A stretch of 64,000 nt of DNA from contig CAVPHV010000017.1 of assembly GCA_963704825.1 (NCBI GenBank), positions 102,325 to 166,324 of the forward strand, in the 5' to 3' direction. The notes below the pieces were generated by a model, which worked only from the letters and a program-made list of their open reading frames with translations, was not told the DNA's origin and searched no databases. Shown in pieces: positions 18,222-27,497 of the stretch (positions are counted from its first letter, which is position 1; each line of letters opens with the position of its first letter). The DNA is from an uncultured Acidimicrobiia bacterium. GTDB lineage: Bacteria; Actinomycetota; Acidimicrobiia; Spongiisociales; UBA5794. The translations under genes and the position numbers were made by a program.

Positions 18222-19753
18222 GCGGCTTTCGCGGGATTGATCCCGACGGGCTCGTTGGGTTGAGCCGGATGATGGAGGGCACTGCGGCTGAGGTGCTCGC
18301 CGCAGGCAACCTGGGCTACGCGGTGCTCGTCCGCCGCGACCGGGAGTCCGCCGGCGACCGCTTCGGGATGGCGATGAGTCGCCTCGCCCGGCAACTCGAC
18401 GACGAGGCGGCGGAAATGAGCTGGCGGGCTGAGGCAATTCGACGGGGTCAGCTGATGACCTCCTCGTCGATGCCCTCGATGGTGGTTGCCGAACTCCTCT
18501 GGGAAGAGGCTGAGTTCGCCGCGGCCGCCAGGTTCACCGTCGGCGACCGTCAGGTGAGCTTCGAACAGTGGCGCCAACGCCCGCCGGTCCGCGCCCTGAG
18601 GAAGATGCGGCCGGACCAGGTGTCGGCGGCCTTGGCGGCCATGTCTCTCGCGGCAGTCGATCGCCTCCTGCTCGAAGAGCCAACCCTGGTGGGGGGGTTG
18701 GACGGAGCCCCCGCTTGGCTGCGGTGTACCGCAAACGACATGCTGATCGGGCGGGAGGTGAATCGGCTCGCCGGACTTGCCGCCGAGATCGCGGATGAGA
18801 TCAACCAGTTGGAGGATCTCGAGTGGTCGGGCCGCACCACGCAGCAGCGTCTGGTGCGCGAGGTGTACCTCGACGAACTCGAGCGGATCGAGGCGCGCAT
18901 CGCCATGTTCGGTCGGTGGTTGGCCGAGGATCGCCAGATCCTGCTGTTCGACCCTCGAGGTGACGGCCGAGTCGCTGAGGTGTTCGGAGACCTCGACCAA
19001 GCTGGTTTTGTCGCCGTGGTGGTGCCGGGGATCACCAACGACATCGACAACTTCGGTCCGATCGACGGTGGGGGGTTTCGAGCCAACGCCGGACAGCTCT
19101 ACGAGGAGGCGGCGAGGCTCGAGCCCGACGTGGCCACAATCGCCTGGCTGGGCTACGACACGCCCGATGGCGCCGATGCGGCGCTAGCCGGTGCCGCTGA
19201 GGACGGTCACCGCCACCTCGTTGCCTTCACCAAGGGTCTTGCCGCAGCGACTCCCGAACCGCACCTCACCGTCATCGGTCACAGCTACGGTTCGCTGGTC
19301 ACCGGGATGGCGGCGGGTGCCGGCATGGCGGTTGACGATGTTGTGTTCGTCGGAAGCCCCGGAACCAGCCTCGACCGGGCAAGCGAGGCGATCATCGACA
19401 GGGGGGGACGGGTGTGGGCGGGCTTGGCGCACAAGGACCCGATCGGGGCGGGCATCGATCCCCTTCCCGACTCGGCATGGGAGTTCATGCTCGGCCCAAT
19501 CGGCTCGTACGTATGGGACAGCTTTGGGACCGGTGACTACGCGACGGAGGACCTGTGGCATGGCCGCAACCCCGTTCACGAGTCGTTCGACGCCATCGAG
19601 TTCACTACCGATGGCGCCGCGGGTCATTCGCAGTACTTCGCCGCCGGCACCGAATCGTTGGCCAACCTGGCGCGCATCATCGCCGGTCTCGACTTCGCCG
19701 TCCGCTTGGTCGGTGGCGGCGAACTAGCAGCCGACTCAGTCGAAGACGATTGA
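18212..19753 (+). CDS. DUF1023-type alpha/beta hydrolase with N-terminal helical domain; candidate T7SS-associated substrate/effector
   Basis: 513 aa. GHSYGS nucleophile elbow and downstream Asp/His-containing segments in the C-terminal half. N-terminal ~250 aa helical. Start overlaps the eccC stop by 10 nt. Confidence 0.7.
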   Translation: MAVSGFRGIDPDGLVGLSRMMEGTAAEVLAAGNLGYAVLVRRDRESAGDRFGMAMSRLARQLDDEAAEMSWRAEAIRRGQLMTSSSMPSMVVAELLWEEAEFAAAARFTVGDRQVSFEQWRQRPPVRALRKMRPDQVSAALAAMSLAAVDRLLLEEPTLVGGLDGAPAWLRCTANDMLIGREVNRLAGLAAEIADEINQLEDLEWSGRTTQQRLVREVYLDELERIEARIAMFGRWLAEDRQILLFDPRGDGRVAEVFGDLDQAGFVAVVVPGITNDIDNFGPIDGGGFRANAGQLYEEAARLEPDVATIAWLGYDTPDGADAALAGAAEDGHRHLVAFTKGLAAATPEPHLTVIGHSYGSLVTGMAAGAGMAVDDVVFVGSPGTSLDRASEAIIDRGGRVWAGLAHKDPIGAGIDPLPDSAWEFMLGPIGSYVWDSFGTGDYATEDLWHGRNPVHESFDAIEFTTDGAAGHSQYFAAGTESLANLARIIAGLDFAVRLVGGGELAADSVEDD

Positions 19754-20401
19754 TTCGAGCATGGCTTCTCCCTCGGCAATCCGTTGCACGTTCAGATCGC
19801 CCTCATAGAGGAACGCGGCATATAGGGTGCCCGTTGCTGCCTCGATCAGGACAAAGCGGCTGACCGAAACCGTGCCGTCGTCATGGGAGATGGTGCGCTC
19901 CACGATATGGGCCGGAGCGCCGTCGATCGTCGCTTCCTCAGCCACGGTGACCTCGCTGGTGCCGGGGGTGGGGAAGAAGAACTCAGCGAAGAGGTCGGCA
20001 TTGGCGTCGGCGATCTCGGCTGGAGTTCCTGCGTCGGCGAAGTCGAGGTCTTCGGAGGCGAAGCCGATGAAGAGGACGCCGCCGGGCCCCTCCTCGGTGT
20101 CGATCAAGGCGGCAACACGCCCGTAGGTGATGCCGTCCTGGCGCACCACCCAGTCGCGTGGCACCGTGATCGAGATCCCGAGCGGCTCCACGGCAACCGG
20201 GTCGAGCGGGGCAGGCGCCGCGGCGCTCGACGTTGTCGGCGCCGCCGATGTCGTCGCACTGGGCGAGGCAGTGGTCGAAGTCGTCGTTGCTGTGGTTGTT
20301 GTGGTGGTGGCCGTGTCGGTTGCGGAGCACGCCGTCGCGGCGAGGACGACGACGGCGAGGGCTGCTGGCAACAACGTCCTACGGATGGGCATGGCCGCCA
20401 T
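19736..20401 (-). CDS. Secreted/lipo-protein with Thr-rich linker
   Basis: Signal peptide with LAATAC lipobox-like motif, poly-Thr linker and a globular C-terminal domain. It overlaps the yibE/F-like gene start, so the two are probably co-transcribed. Confidence 0.6.
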   Translation of the reverse strand: MAAMPIRRTLLPAALAVVVLAATACSATDTATTTTTTATTTSTTASPSATTSAAPTTSSAAAPAPLDPVAVEPLGISITVPRDWVVRQDGITYGRVAALIDTEEGPGGVLFIGFASEDLDFADAGTPAEIADANADLFAEFFFPTPGTSEVTVAEEATIDGAPAHIVERTISHDDGTVSVSRFVLIEAATGTLYAAFLYEGDLNVQRIAEGEAMLESIVFD

Positions 20402-21836
20402 CTTGGCCCGATGCGGTTCTGGCGGCGAGCCATGTGGTGATGGGCACTGCGGCTACAAGGCCGATGCTGCCAACCAGGGTCCTTACGATTTCGACGGCGA
20501 CGACCTCGCTGTTGGCGATCGACCCGAGCGATTGCTGGGCGAGCACAAAAAGGACGAGCAGCGGGAGCGAGGCTCCGGCGTAGGCGAGCAGCAGGGTGTT
20601 GACCGTCGAGGCGATGTGGTCCCGCCCGATCCTCAGGCCGCCGGCGAAGAGGCGGCCCCGGGTGAGAGCCGGGCTGGCCGCCTTCAGCTCCCACACCGCG
20701 GATGCCTGGGTCACGGTGACGTCGTCGATTGCGCCGGCGGCGCCAAGGACGATGCCGGCCAGCAGCAAACCCCGCACGTCGATCGACCCGAACAGTGTGA
20801 GGAACGAGCTCTCTTCGGTGGCGACCCCGGTGAAGTTCGCCAAGGCGACCACCACGGCGGAGAGCAGCGCGGTGAGGATCAGAGCCGACAGCGTACCGAG
20901 CAGGGCGACGGTGGTCATTCGCGAGAAACCATGGGCCAGATAGAGGGCAAGGTAGGCAATCGCAGAGGCACCGACCACGGCGACGAGCACCGGGCTGCGG
21001 CCATCGAGAATGGCAGGCAGCACAAAGAGCAAGAGCACCATCACGCTGGCGATAAGGCCGCCGAGTGCGGCAACTCCACGCAACCGCCCCAGGGCGACGA
21101 CGACCGCGGCAAAGAGCAGGGCCAGGGCGATCAGCAGCGGCCGCCGCTGGAAGTCGGCGAACTGGTAGAGGATGCTGGGGTCGACCGGCGCCACGGCGAG
21201 GATCTCGAGTTCATCGGCTTCATCTTGGAAGAACTCGATGACGGCCATGTCACCCGGCAGCAGCGTCTCGGCGTAGTCGCCGGGGAACAGTTCGTAGTCG
21301 ACATACCGGCCGGCGTCGCCATCGTCGATCAGGAGGGTGAGCGTTCGGCACACCTCCTCAGGATCGAACGAACATGGTACGTCGGTGACGTCGACCACGG
21401 TTGTGCTCGGGGAGAGGTACGACAGCACGACGGTCTGCCCGGCCGCAAAGTCGGGGATGGATCGTCCCTGGGTGTACTCCTGGACGAAGACGTACCCGAC
21501 GTCGGGCCCGCTGCTGAGCTCCATTTCGACCCGTAGGCAGGTCTCTGTTGGCAAGCCGCGGCAGGGGCGCTCCTCGGCGGTGAGCACGGTTGCCTCGTGG
21601 AACTGACTTGGCACGCCCAGGGCCACCAAGCGCTCGGCATCTCGACGCGACTCGCCGGTGGGGCGGAGGGCGATCATGCCCACGATGGTGAGGACGGCGC
21701 CGGCGATCGCGAGATAGGCAAGGACATCGAGGTCGACGCGAGGCCGCTTCTTCGCATCCGACTCTGGGGCGTACGCCATCCAGTCACCCAGGTCGGGATC
21801 GTGGGCGGGATCGTTCGGGACGTCCGGCGTCTCCAT
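20379..21836 (-). CDS. YibE/F family membrane protein
   Basis: N-terminal TM and extracytoplasmic domain, then a C-terminal multi-TM core rich in GxxxG/Ala (ILDGRSPVLVAVVGASAIAYLALYL...) typical of YibE/F. Confidence 0.65.
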   Translation of the reverse strand: METPDVPNDPAHDPDLGDWMAYAPESDAKKRPRVDLDVLAYLAIAGAVLTIVGMIALRPTGESRRDAERLVALGVPSQFHEATVLTAEERPCRGLPTETCLRVEMELSSGPDVGYVFVQEYTQGRSIPDFAAGQTVVLSYLSPSTTVVDVTDVPCSFDPEEVCRTLTLLIDDGDAGRYVDYELFPGDYAETLLPGDMAVIEFFQDEADELEILAVAPVDPSILYQFADFQRRPLLIALALLFAAVVVALGRLRGVAALGGLIASVMVLLLFVLPAILDGRSPVLVAVVGASAIAYLALYLAHGFSRMTTVALLGTLSALILTALLSAVVVALANFTGVATEESSFLTLFGSIDVRGLLLAGIVLGAAGAIDDVTVTQASAVWELKAASPALTRGRLFAGGLRIGRDHIASTVNTLLLAYAGASLPLLVLFVLAQQSLGSIANSEVVAVEIVRTLVGSIGLVAAVPITTWLAARTASGQDGGHAHP

Positions 21837-21924
21837 GGGGCAATGGTGGCACAGTCGGCGGGTGGAGTGGTCGCAAACTCCCGGTCGGGCGGGAACCCGA
21901 GGTGCGTGGGCCTAACATCCGTGG

Positions 21925-22755
21925 ATGCGACCGTCCGTTGCTGTTCTCGGAGCCGGCTCGATGGGGACCATCCTCGCCGAGGGGCTGGTGCGCGCCGGCT
22001 GGGATCCCGCCGACTTGGTGCTAGCGGTCCGGCGCAAGGAGCGGGCGGTCGAGACCGAGCGCCTCACCGGTATCACCACGCTGCTCGATGCTGCCGCCGC
22101 GGCGGCAGGCCGTGATGTGGTGGTCGTCGCGGTCAAGCCGAAGGACGTCGGCTCGTTGCTCCGCCAGGTCGCCGACACAATTACCTCCCACCAACTCGTT
22201 ATTTCGCTGGCGGCCGGCGTACCCATCTCGGTTTTCGAGGCGGCGTTGCCGGGCGTGCCGATCGTGCGGTCGATGCCGAACACGCCGGCCGCGGTTGATG
22301 AGGCGATGACGGCGTACTGCGGGGGAGCCCATACCGACGAAGCCTCGCTGGAGCTGGCGGCCGAGGTCCTCGCCGCCGTCGGCGACACCATCAACCTCAG
22401 CGAGGACCTGCTCGATGCCGTCACCGCCGTCTCGGGTACCGGGCCTGCCTACATCTTCTTGCTCGCCGAATCGCTCACCGAAGCCGCGATTCGCGAGGGC
22501 TTGCCCCATCATGCCGCGGAGCGCCTCGTCGACCAGACGCTGCGCGGCGCCGGCGTTCTGCTCCAAGGCTCGGAGAAGAGCGCCTTTCGGTTGCGGGCCG
22601 AGGTCACCTCGCCCGGCGGAACCACCGCGGCCGCAATGCACGTGCTCGAGAACGGCGGCTTTCGGGCGTTGGTCGAGGACGCAGTCCGGGCCGCCTCGCA
22701 GCGTTCCAACGAGCTGGGGGCCGCCGCGGCCGAAGCAGCCGGTGAGGAGAGCTGA
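21925..22755 (+). CDS. proC: Pyrroline-5-carboxylate reductase
   Basis: NAD(P)-binding VAVLGAGSMG motif and a conserved C-terminal P5CR segment (EVTSPGGTTAAAMHVLENGGFR). Confidence 0.9.
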   Translation: MRPSVAVLGAGSMGTILAEGLVRAGWDPADLVLAVRRKERAVETERLTGITTLLDAAAAAAGRDVVVVAVKPKDVGSLLRQVADTITSHQLVISLAAGVPISVFEAALPGVPIVRSMPNTPAAVDEAMTAYCGGAHTDEASLELAAEVLAAVGDTINLSEDLLDAVTAVSGTGPAYIFLLAESLTEAAIREGLPHHAAERLVDQTLRGAGVLLQGSEKSAFRLRAEVTSPGGTTAAAMHVLENGGFRALVEDAVRAASQRSNELGAAAAEAAGEES

Positions 22756-22757
22756 GC

Positions 22758-23675
22758 GTGACGTCGACACTGGGTCGCACCGTGTTGGCAATCACCGAGC
22801 AACCGCCCGTTCGCAAGGTCTTCACCGCTACCCGCCCCGGGCGCGCCCTGTCGACTCGCTTCGTTGCGGGTGAGACCATGGATGACGCTGTGGCGGCAGC
22901 CCTGGGGCTGAATCAACTCGGCGCCCAGGTTTCGCTCGATCATCTCGGCGAGCACGTAGCCGACACGACGCAGGCCGAGAGTGCACGTAACGACTACCTG
23001 GCGTGCCTCGATCGCATCGGGGTCGAGGGGATCGACGGCAACATCTCCGTGAAGCTCACCCAACTCGGTCTGGGCAACGACGACGGCCTCGCCGCCGAAT
23101 CGCTGGGAGCGCTGGCGGCCCGCGCCCAGGAGGTCGGCACGTCGGTCAGCGTCGACATGGAGGAGAGCGCCCTCACCGAGGCAACCATCACCATGTTCGA
23201 GCAGGTGCAAGCGGCGCACGGCAACCTGGGCCTTGCCCTCCAGGCGTATCTGCGGCGCACCCCGCGCGATCTCGATCGGGTCATCGCAGCCGGGGGCCAT
23301 GTGCGGCTGTGCAAGGGCGCCTACGCCGAACCGCCCGACCTGGCCTACCAGAGCAAGGCTGAGGTCAACGCCGCCTTCGACCGGCTGACCCGGTTGGTGA
23401 TGGGTAACGGCAGGATCTACCCGGCGATCGCTACCCACGACGACGAACGGATCGCGCTCGCCACCGAGTTGGGCCGGTCACGGAACAAGGGGTGGGAGTT
23501 CCAGATGCTCTACGGGGTCCGCACCAAGCTGCAGGAGGAGCTCCTGGCGGCCGGTCACAAGCTGCGGGTGTATGTGCCCTACGGCTCGGCTTGGTACCCG
23601 TACCTGACCCGCCGCCTCGCCGAACGCCCCGCCAACCTCTGGTTCTTCCTACGAGCCGCCGCCAGCCGGGGCTGA
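22758..23675 (+). CDS. Proline dehydrogenase (monofunctional PutA-like proline oxidase)
   Basis: 305 aa TIM-barrel PRODH signature (VSVKLTQLG...LALQAYLRR...VRLCKGAY...YVPYGSAWYPYLTRRLAERPAN). GTG start 3 nt after the proC stop. Confidence 0.85.
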   Translation: MTSTLGRTVLAITEQPPVRKVFTATRPGRALSTRFVAGETMDDAVAAALGLNQLGAQVSLDHLGEHVADTTQAESARNDYLACLDRIGVEGIDGNISVKLTQLGLGNDDGLAAESLGALAARAQEVGTSVSVDMEESALTEATITMFEQVQAAHGNLGLALQAYLRRTPRDLDRVIAAGGHVRLCKGAYAEPPDLAYQSKAEVNAAFDRLTRLVMGNGRIYPAIATHDDERIALATELGRSRNKGWEFQMLYGVRTKLQEELLAAGHKLRVYVPYGSAWYPYLTRRLAERPANLWFFLRAAASRG

Positions 23676-23685
23676 AGCCCTCCCT

Positions 23686-23739
23686 GTTCCGGCGTGGCCG
23701 AGGTACCAAAAACCGCGCCCTGGCCACGCAAGAACAGAA
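23686..23739 (+). repeat. Copy A of a ~55-nt palindromic 3'-end element
   Basis: CTGTTCCGGCGTGG...CCACGCAAGAACAG arms (11/12 bp stem) enclosing a ~28-nt core. Lies 10 nt after the proline dehydrogenase stop. Confidence 0.6.
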
Positions 23740-23993
23740 AACGCCACGTACGCCCCGGTTGTGTGGAGCGTGATGTCCGAGGCGTTGTCGAACCCTGTGG
23801 TGCCGGACTGTCGGGTCCACACCGGTTCACCATCCGTAGTGAATCTGCGGACATAGCCGTCCAGACGCCGACGTTGGTCTGGCTGGGCAGCGCCCCTTCA
23901 GTCGTCACACGGTCCTAGGACCCTGGACCGGTGGGTCAGCGCAGCCGCAGAATGCGGAGAGGACCTGCGTGGCGATCTCGTGGAGGATCTGAG

Positions 23994-25271
23994 ATGAACA
24001 CCTCAAGGGTGGCGAAGCTTCTTGTCGCGGTTGCCCTGTTGACTGGATGGATGCTGTTGCCGGGCGGGGCCGAGGCAGCCGGCGGGGACTTCGAGGGTCC
24101 CAATTTCCGTATCAGCGGCAGCTCCGACACTGGGCACGAGTGGTTCCCCTCGGTGGCCTACAACTCGACCGATGACGAGTATCTCGTCGTCGGTCAAGAC
24201 GGCAGCGGACACGTCATCGGGCAGCGGATTGCGCCCGATGGCCGCCGCTTGGGTGAGATGTTCGGTATCAGCGGCAACCGGGCTGTCGGCGTGTCCGTCC
24301 CAGCCGTCGTTCACAATCCCGTTGACAGTGAGTATCTGGTCGTGTGGTGGGACGCCCGGCGCGCCAAGGGTGGCGACGGTGACCCGACAGGCGACATTTT
24401 CGCCCAGCGGATCGCCGCCGATGGCAGTCGAATCGGGTGGAATCTGAGAATCAGCGGGAAGGAGATCACATGGCGCTGGGACCCTGATCTGGTCCACAAT
24501 GTCGTCCGCAACGAGTATCTCGTCGTCTGGGAAAGCTCGCGGGATATCGTCGGTCAACGACTCTCGTCAAGTGGCGAGCGGATTGGCAGGAGGATTCCCA
24601 TCAGCGCTGCCGACAGCGTGCAGGCGGCGTATCCATCGGTTGCCCATGACGCAGCCCACAACAGGTACCTGGTGGTCTGGCAAGACGGCAGGAACCTCGA
24701 CGTGTCCGACTGGGATGTCTATGGCCAGCGGATCGCTGCCAAGGGCAGACTCGTGGATGCCAACTTCCGGATCAGCGGTGCAGCCGCGACCGCGTCGGAT
24801 CAGTATCCGGGTGTCGGGTTCAATACCAACCGCAACCAATACCTGGTCTTTTGGCATGACGAGCGGAGAAATCGACAAGTTGGCGCCGATGTCTACGGGC
24901 AGCGACTTTCGGCCAAGACAGAACGCTTGGGCGGCAACTTCCGGCTCACCAACGACATGACGAAGTCCAATGGCTGTTGCCAGTCGCACAACGTTGCCTA
25001 CAACCCAACAAGCGATCAGTACCTGGCGCTGCTGGCGCCCATCGATCAGGCCGGGCACGTCTACGGGCAAAGGATGCGGGCCAACGGAAAGCGCCTTGGT
25101 GCTGCCTTCCGCATCAGCGGCCCAAACGCCGATGTCTTTGGATACGGTTCGAACGCCGTTACCTGCCATCCGCTACGGAACGAGTACGTGGCCGTTTGGG
25201 CCGACGCCAGGAACGTGGACACCCGGGGGATCGACATCTATGGCCGGCGAGTCACCGGGGCGGCCCCGTAG
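23994..25271 (+). CDS. Secreted protein built from ~8 tandem ~45-aa repeats (beta-propeller-like)
   Basis: Signal peptide (MNTSRVAKLLVAVALLTGWMLLPGGAEA). Repeats share the pattern NFRISG...YLVVW.D.R...DIYGQR...G.R.G. SD GGAGG 8 nt upstream of ATG 23994. Confidence 0.65.
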   Translation: MNTSRVAKLLVAVALLTGWMLLPGGAEAAGGDFEGPNFRISGSSDTGHEWFPSVAYNSTDDEYLVVGQDGSGHVIGQRIAPDGRRLGEMFGISGNRAVGVSVPAVVHNPVDSEYLVVWWDARRAKGGDGDPTGDIFAQRIAADGSRIGWNLRISGKEITWRWDPDLVHNVVRNEYLVVWESSRDIVGQRLSSSGERIGRRIPISAADSVQAAYPSVAHDAAHNRYLVVWQDGRNLDVSDWDVYGQRIAAKGRLVDANFRISGAAATASDQYPGVGFNTNRNQYLVFWHDERRNRQVGADVYGQRLSAKTERLGGNFRLTNDMTKSNGCCQSHNVAYNPTSDQYLALLAPIDQAGHVYGQRMRANGKRLGAAFRISGPNADVFGYGSNAVTCHPLRNEYVAVWADARNVDTRGIDIYGRRVTGAAP

Positions 25272-25347
25272 CCAACTCTCTCAAGAGGCGTGTGCCGCTT
25301 TTGCGCAGCACCGGTGACCGCCTCCGGGTCCGGTATCCTGTCGCCGC

Positions 25348-26719
25348 GATGACATCACTGCGCAAGTTCTCCGCCCTGCTCGTTGTTGTGTTCGTTTTCT
25401 CTGCGTCGGTGGCCGCGGCTGTCGCGGTGGAGTCCGGCGAGATCGCCGAGGAGGTATTCACCCAGGGCTTCTACGTCGAGGAGGGTGCGTCCATCACCGA
25501 CGCGGAAGCGAGCGCGATCGTCTCGGCGGCTCGCAACGAAGGCTCGCGCTATCACCTCATCGTGCTCGTGGAGACCCCGCCGGGGGGCAATACGGTCTTT
25601 GCGGAGGCGGTTTACGACTTCATGGGGATCGACTCGGGCACCGTCTTTGTACTCAGCGAGGACGACACCGGATGGGTTTCGGTTGACGAATTCAGCGAAT
25701 CCGAGCTGGAAGACGCCTTCATTCTCGCCAGCGACGCCGGCGGAAGCGACGCCGCCTATGCCGCAAACTTCACCGGTGCTCTCTTCGGGCTCGACCTCAA
25801 CGTGGGCTCCACGGCCGGTGGTTCCGACGACCGTGCGAGTTCCACCACCAGCGCGGGGGGTTCCGCCACTGGGGGTAGTTCCGACGACGGTGGCGGCGGA
25901 GGCGGCTTCCTGTGGTTCATTCTGATCGTTGGCGGTCTGGTCTTGCTCGTGTGGTGGCTGATGCGGCGCAGCAAGGCCCAGGCTGCAAGGGCCGCAGAGA
26001 GCCAGTTCGCCAAGGCGCGTTCCGAGATTCAGGTCCAGCTCGACGGCATCGCCAACGACATTCTCGAGATGGAGAGCGAGGTCCGTGGCGCCGACAACGC
26101 CACGGTTGATGCCTTGTTCGACGAGGCCGGCACCACCTACAACGAGGCCTCGGATGAGCTGGCAGAGGCGGACAGTCCGCAGGAGTTGCTGGACCTCTCC
26201 AACAAGGTCGATCTGGCGGTGTGGCAACTGGACTCGTGCGAGGCGATCCTCGACGGCAAAGAGACGCCGCCGAAGCCTCAGCCGGAGAAGCTCGTGCCGC
26301 CGCCCCAGCCCAAACCGTCCCAGCCCGCGCCCGGCGGTGCGTCGTCGGGTTCATCATTGCCACCGCGGCCCTCCTACCCGCAGTACCAACGGCGTTCGAC
26401 CCGGCGCAGCTCAGGACTCTCCCCGGGGATGCTCGAGATGCTGATCGGGCTGGGGGCCGGAGCCATGATGGGCCGTCGCCGAGGACCGTCGCGCACCGGG
26501 TACTCGAGTAGCGGCGCCCGTTCGAGCGGTGGGGTGATTCCGGGACCGTCCCAGCGGTGGCAGCTCCTCATCGCGGAGGAGCTCATCTGGCCGGTCTCGC
26601 AGCACGGGCCGACGGGTACGCGGTGGTGGCAAACGCAGGCGTTGACAGAGTCTGGGAGGGCTCTTCCGGGACCGCCTAGACTCGACACAGACATCAAGTT
26701 CAGGGAAGGATCGGTATGA
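25348..26719 (+). CDS. Membrane protein with N-terminal extracytoplasmic TPM-like domain, one TM helix and a cytoplasmic coiled-coil/low-complexity tail
   Basis: Signal peptide, then TPM-like segment (TDAEASAIVSAARNEGSRYHLIVLVETPP...FVLSEDD), Gly/Ser-rich linker, TM FLWFILIVGGLVLLVWWL and a helical region. Stop overlaps the pspA start (ATGA). Confidence 0.5.
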
Positions 26720-27438
26720 GTTGGTTCAAGCGAGTTTGGGGCTATTTCGCCACGCTCTTCAAGCGCACTGCTGAGAACGCGATGGACCCTGAGATCGAGA
26801 TCGAGCAGGCGATCAACAACGCCAAGAAGCAGGACCAACAGCTGCGCAATCAGGCTGCCAAGGTCGTTGCCCACCGCACTCAGCTCGAGAGCAAGATGGA
26901 AAAGGCCGCGGATGCGGTTGGCGAGAACCGTGAGATGGCCAAGCAGGCAATCCTGCGCGCCGAGGACGCCAAGTCCAAGGGTGACGTCGAAGGTCAGACC
27001 AAGTGGGTGAAGACCGCCCAGGCATTGGCGATGAAGCTGCAGGCGTCCGAGAACAATCTGAATACGCTGAAGGTCCAGTATGAAACCGCCGCGGTCCAGG
27101 CCGACAAGGCAAAGGCGGCGGTAACCGCGAATGCGATGAAGGTTCAGGAACTGGCCGCCAAGCAGATGGAACTGCTCGGGACGCTGCAGGCCGCCAAGAT
27201 GCAGGAGTCGGTCAACAAGGCCGTCGACACCATGTCCAACACGATGGACTACGACGCGCCGTCGTTGGCGAAGGTCGAGGAGAAGATCGAGAAGCGCCAA
27301 GCGGAAGCCATGGCAAAGGCCGAACTGCGCGACGCCACCCCGGATGGTGCTGAGGCGGAGCTCAAGGAGGCCATCAACATGGTCCAGGCCGACGCCAAGC
27401 TCGAAGAGTTGAAGGCCGAGCTCGGCATCACCGAGTAG
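26716..27438 (+). CDS. pspA: PspA/IM30 (phage shock protein A/Vipp1) family protein
   Basis: 240 aa, entirely coiled-coil. Conserved N-terminal amphipathic helix and IM30 core (MDPEIEIEQAINNAKKQDQQLRNQAAKVVAHRTQLE...). Confidence 0.85.
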   Translation: MSWFKRVWGYFATLFKRTAENAMDPEIEIEQAINNAKKQDQQLRNQAAKVVAHRTQLESKMEKAADAVGENREMAKQAILRAEDAKSKGDVEGQTKWVKTAQALAMKLQASENNLNTLKVQYETAAVQADKAKAAVTANAMKVQELAAKQMELLGTLQAAKMQESVNKAVDTMSNTMDYDAPSLAKVEEKIEKRQAEAMAKAELRDATPDGAEAELKEAINMVQADAKLEELKAELGITE

Positions 27439-27497
27439 GAGGCTGTTGGACAATCGGCGTGAGCGGCGAGTAGCCAGACGCAGCTGAAGCGACATGA

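Noticed and set aside
20127-21536. 469-aa plus-strand ORF opposite the YibE/F-like gene
   Set aside because: His/Gly/Asp/Arg-rich low-complexity translation. The minus-strand product has coherent TM architecture.
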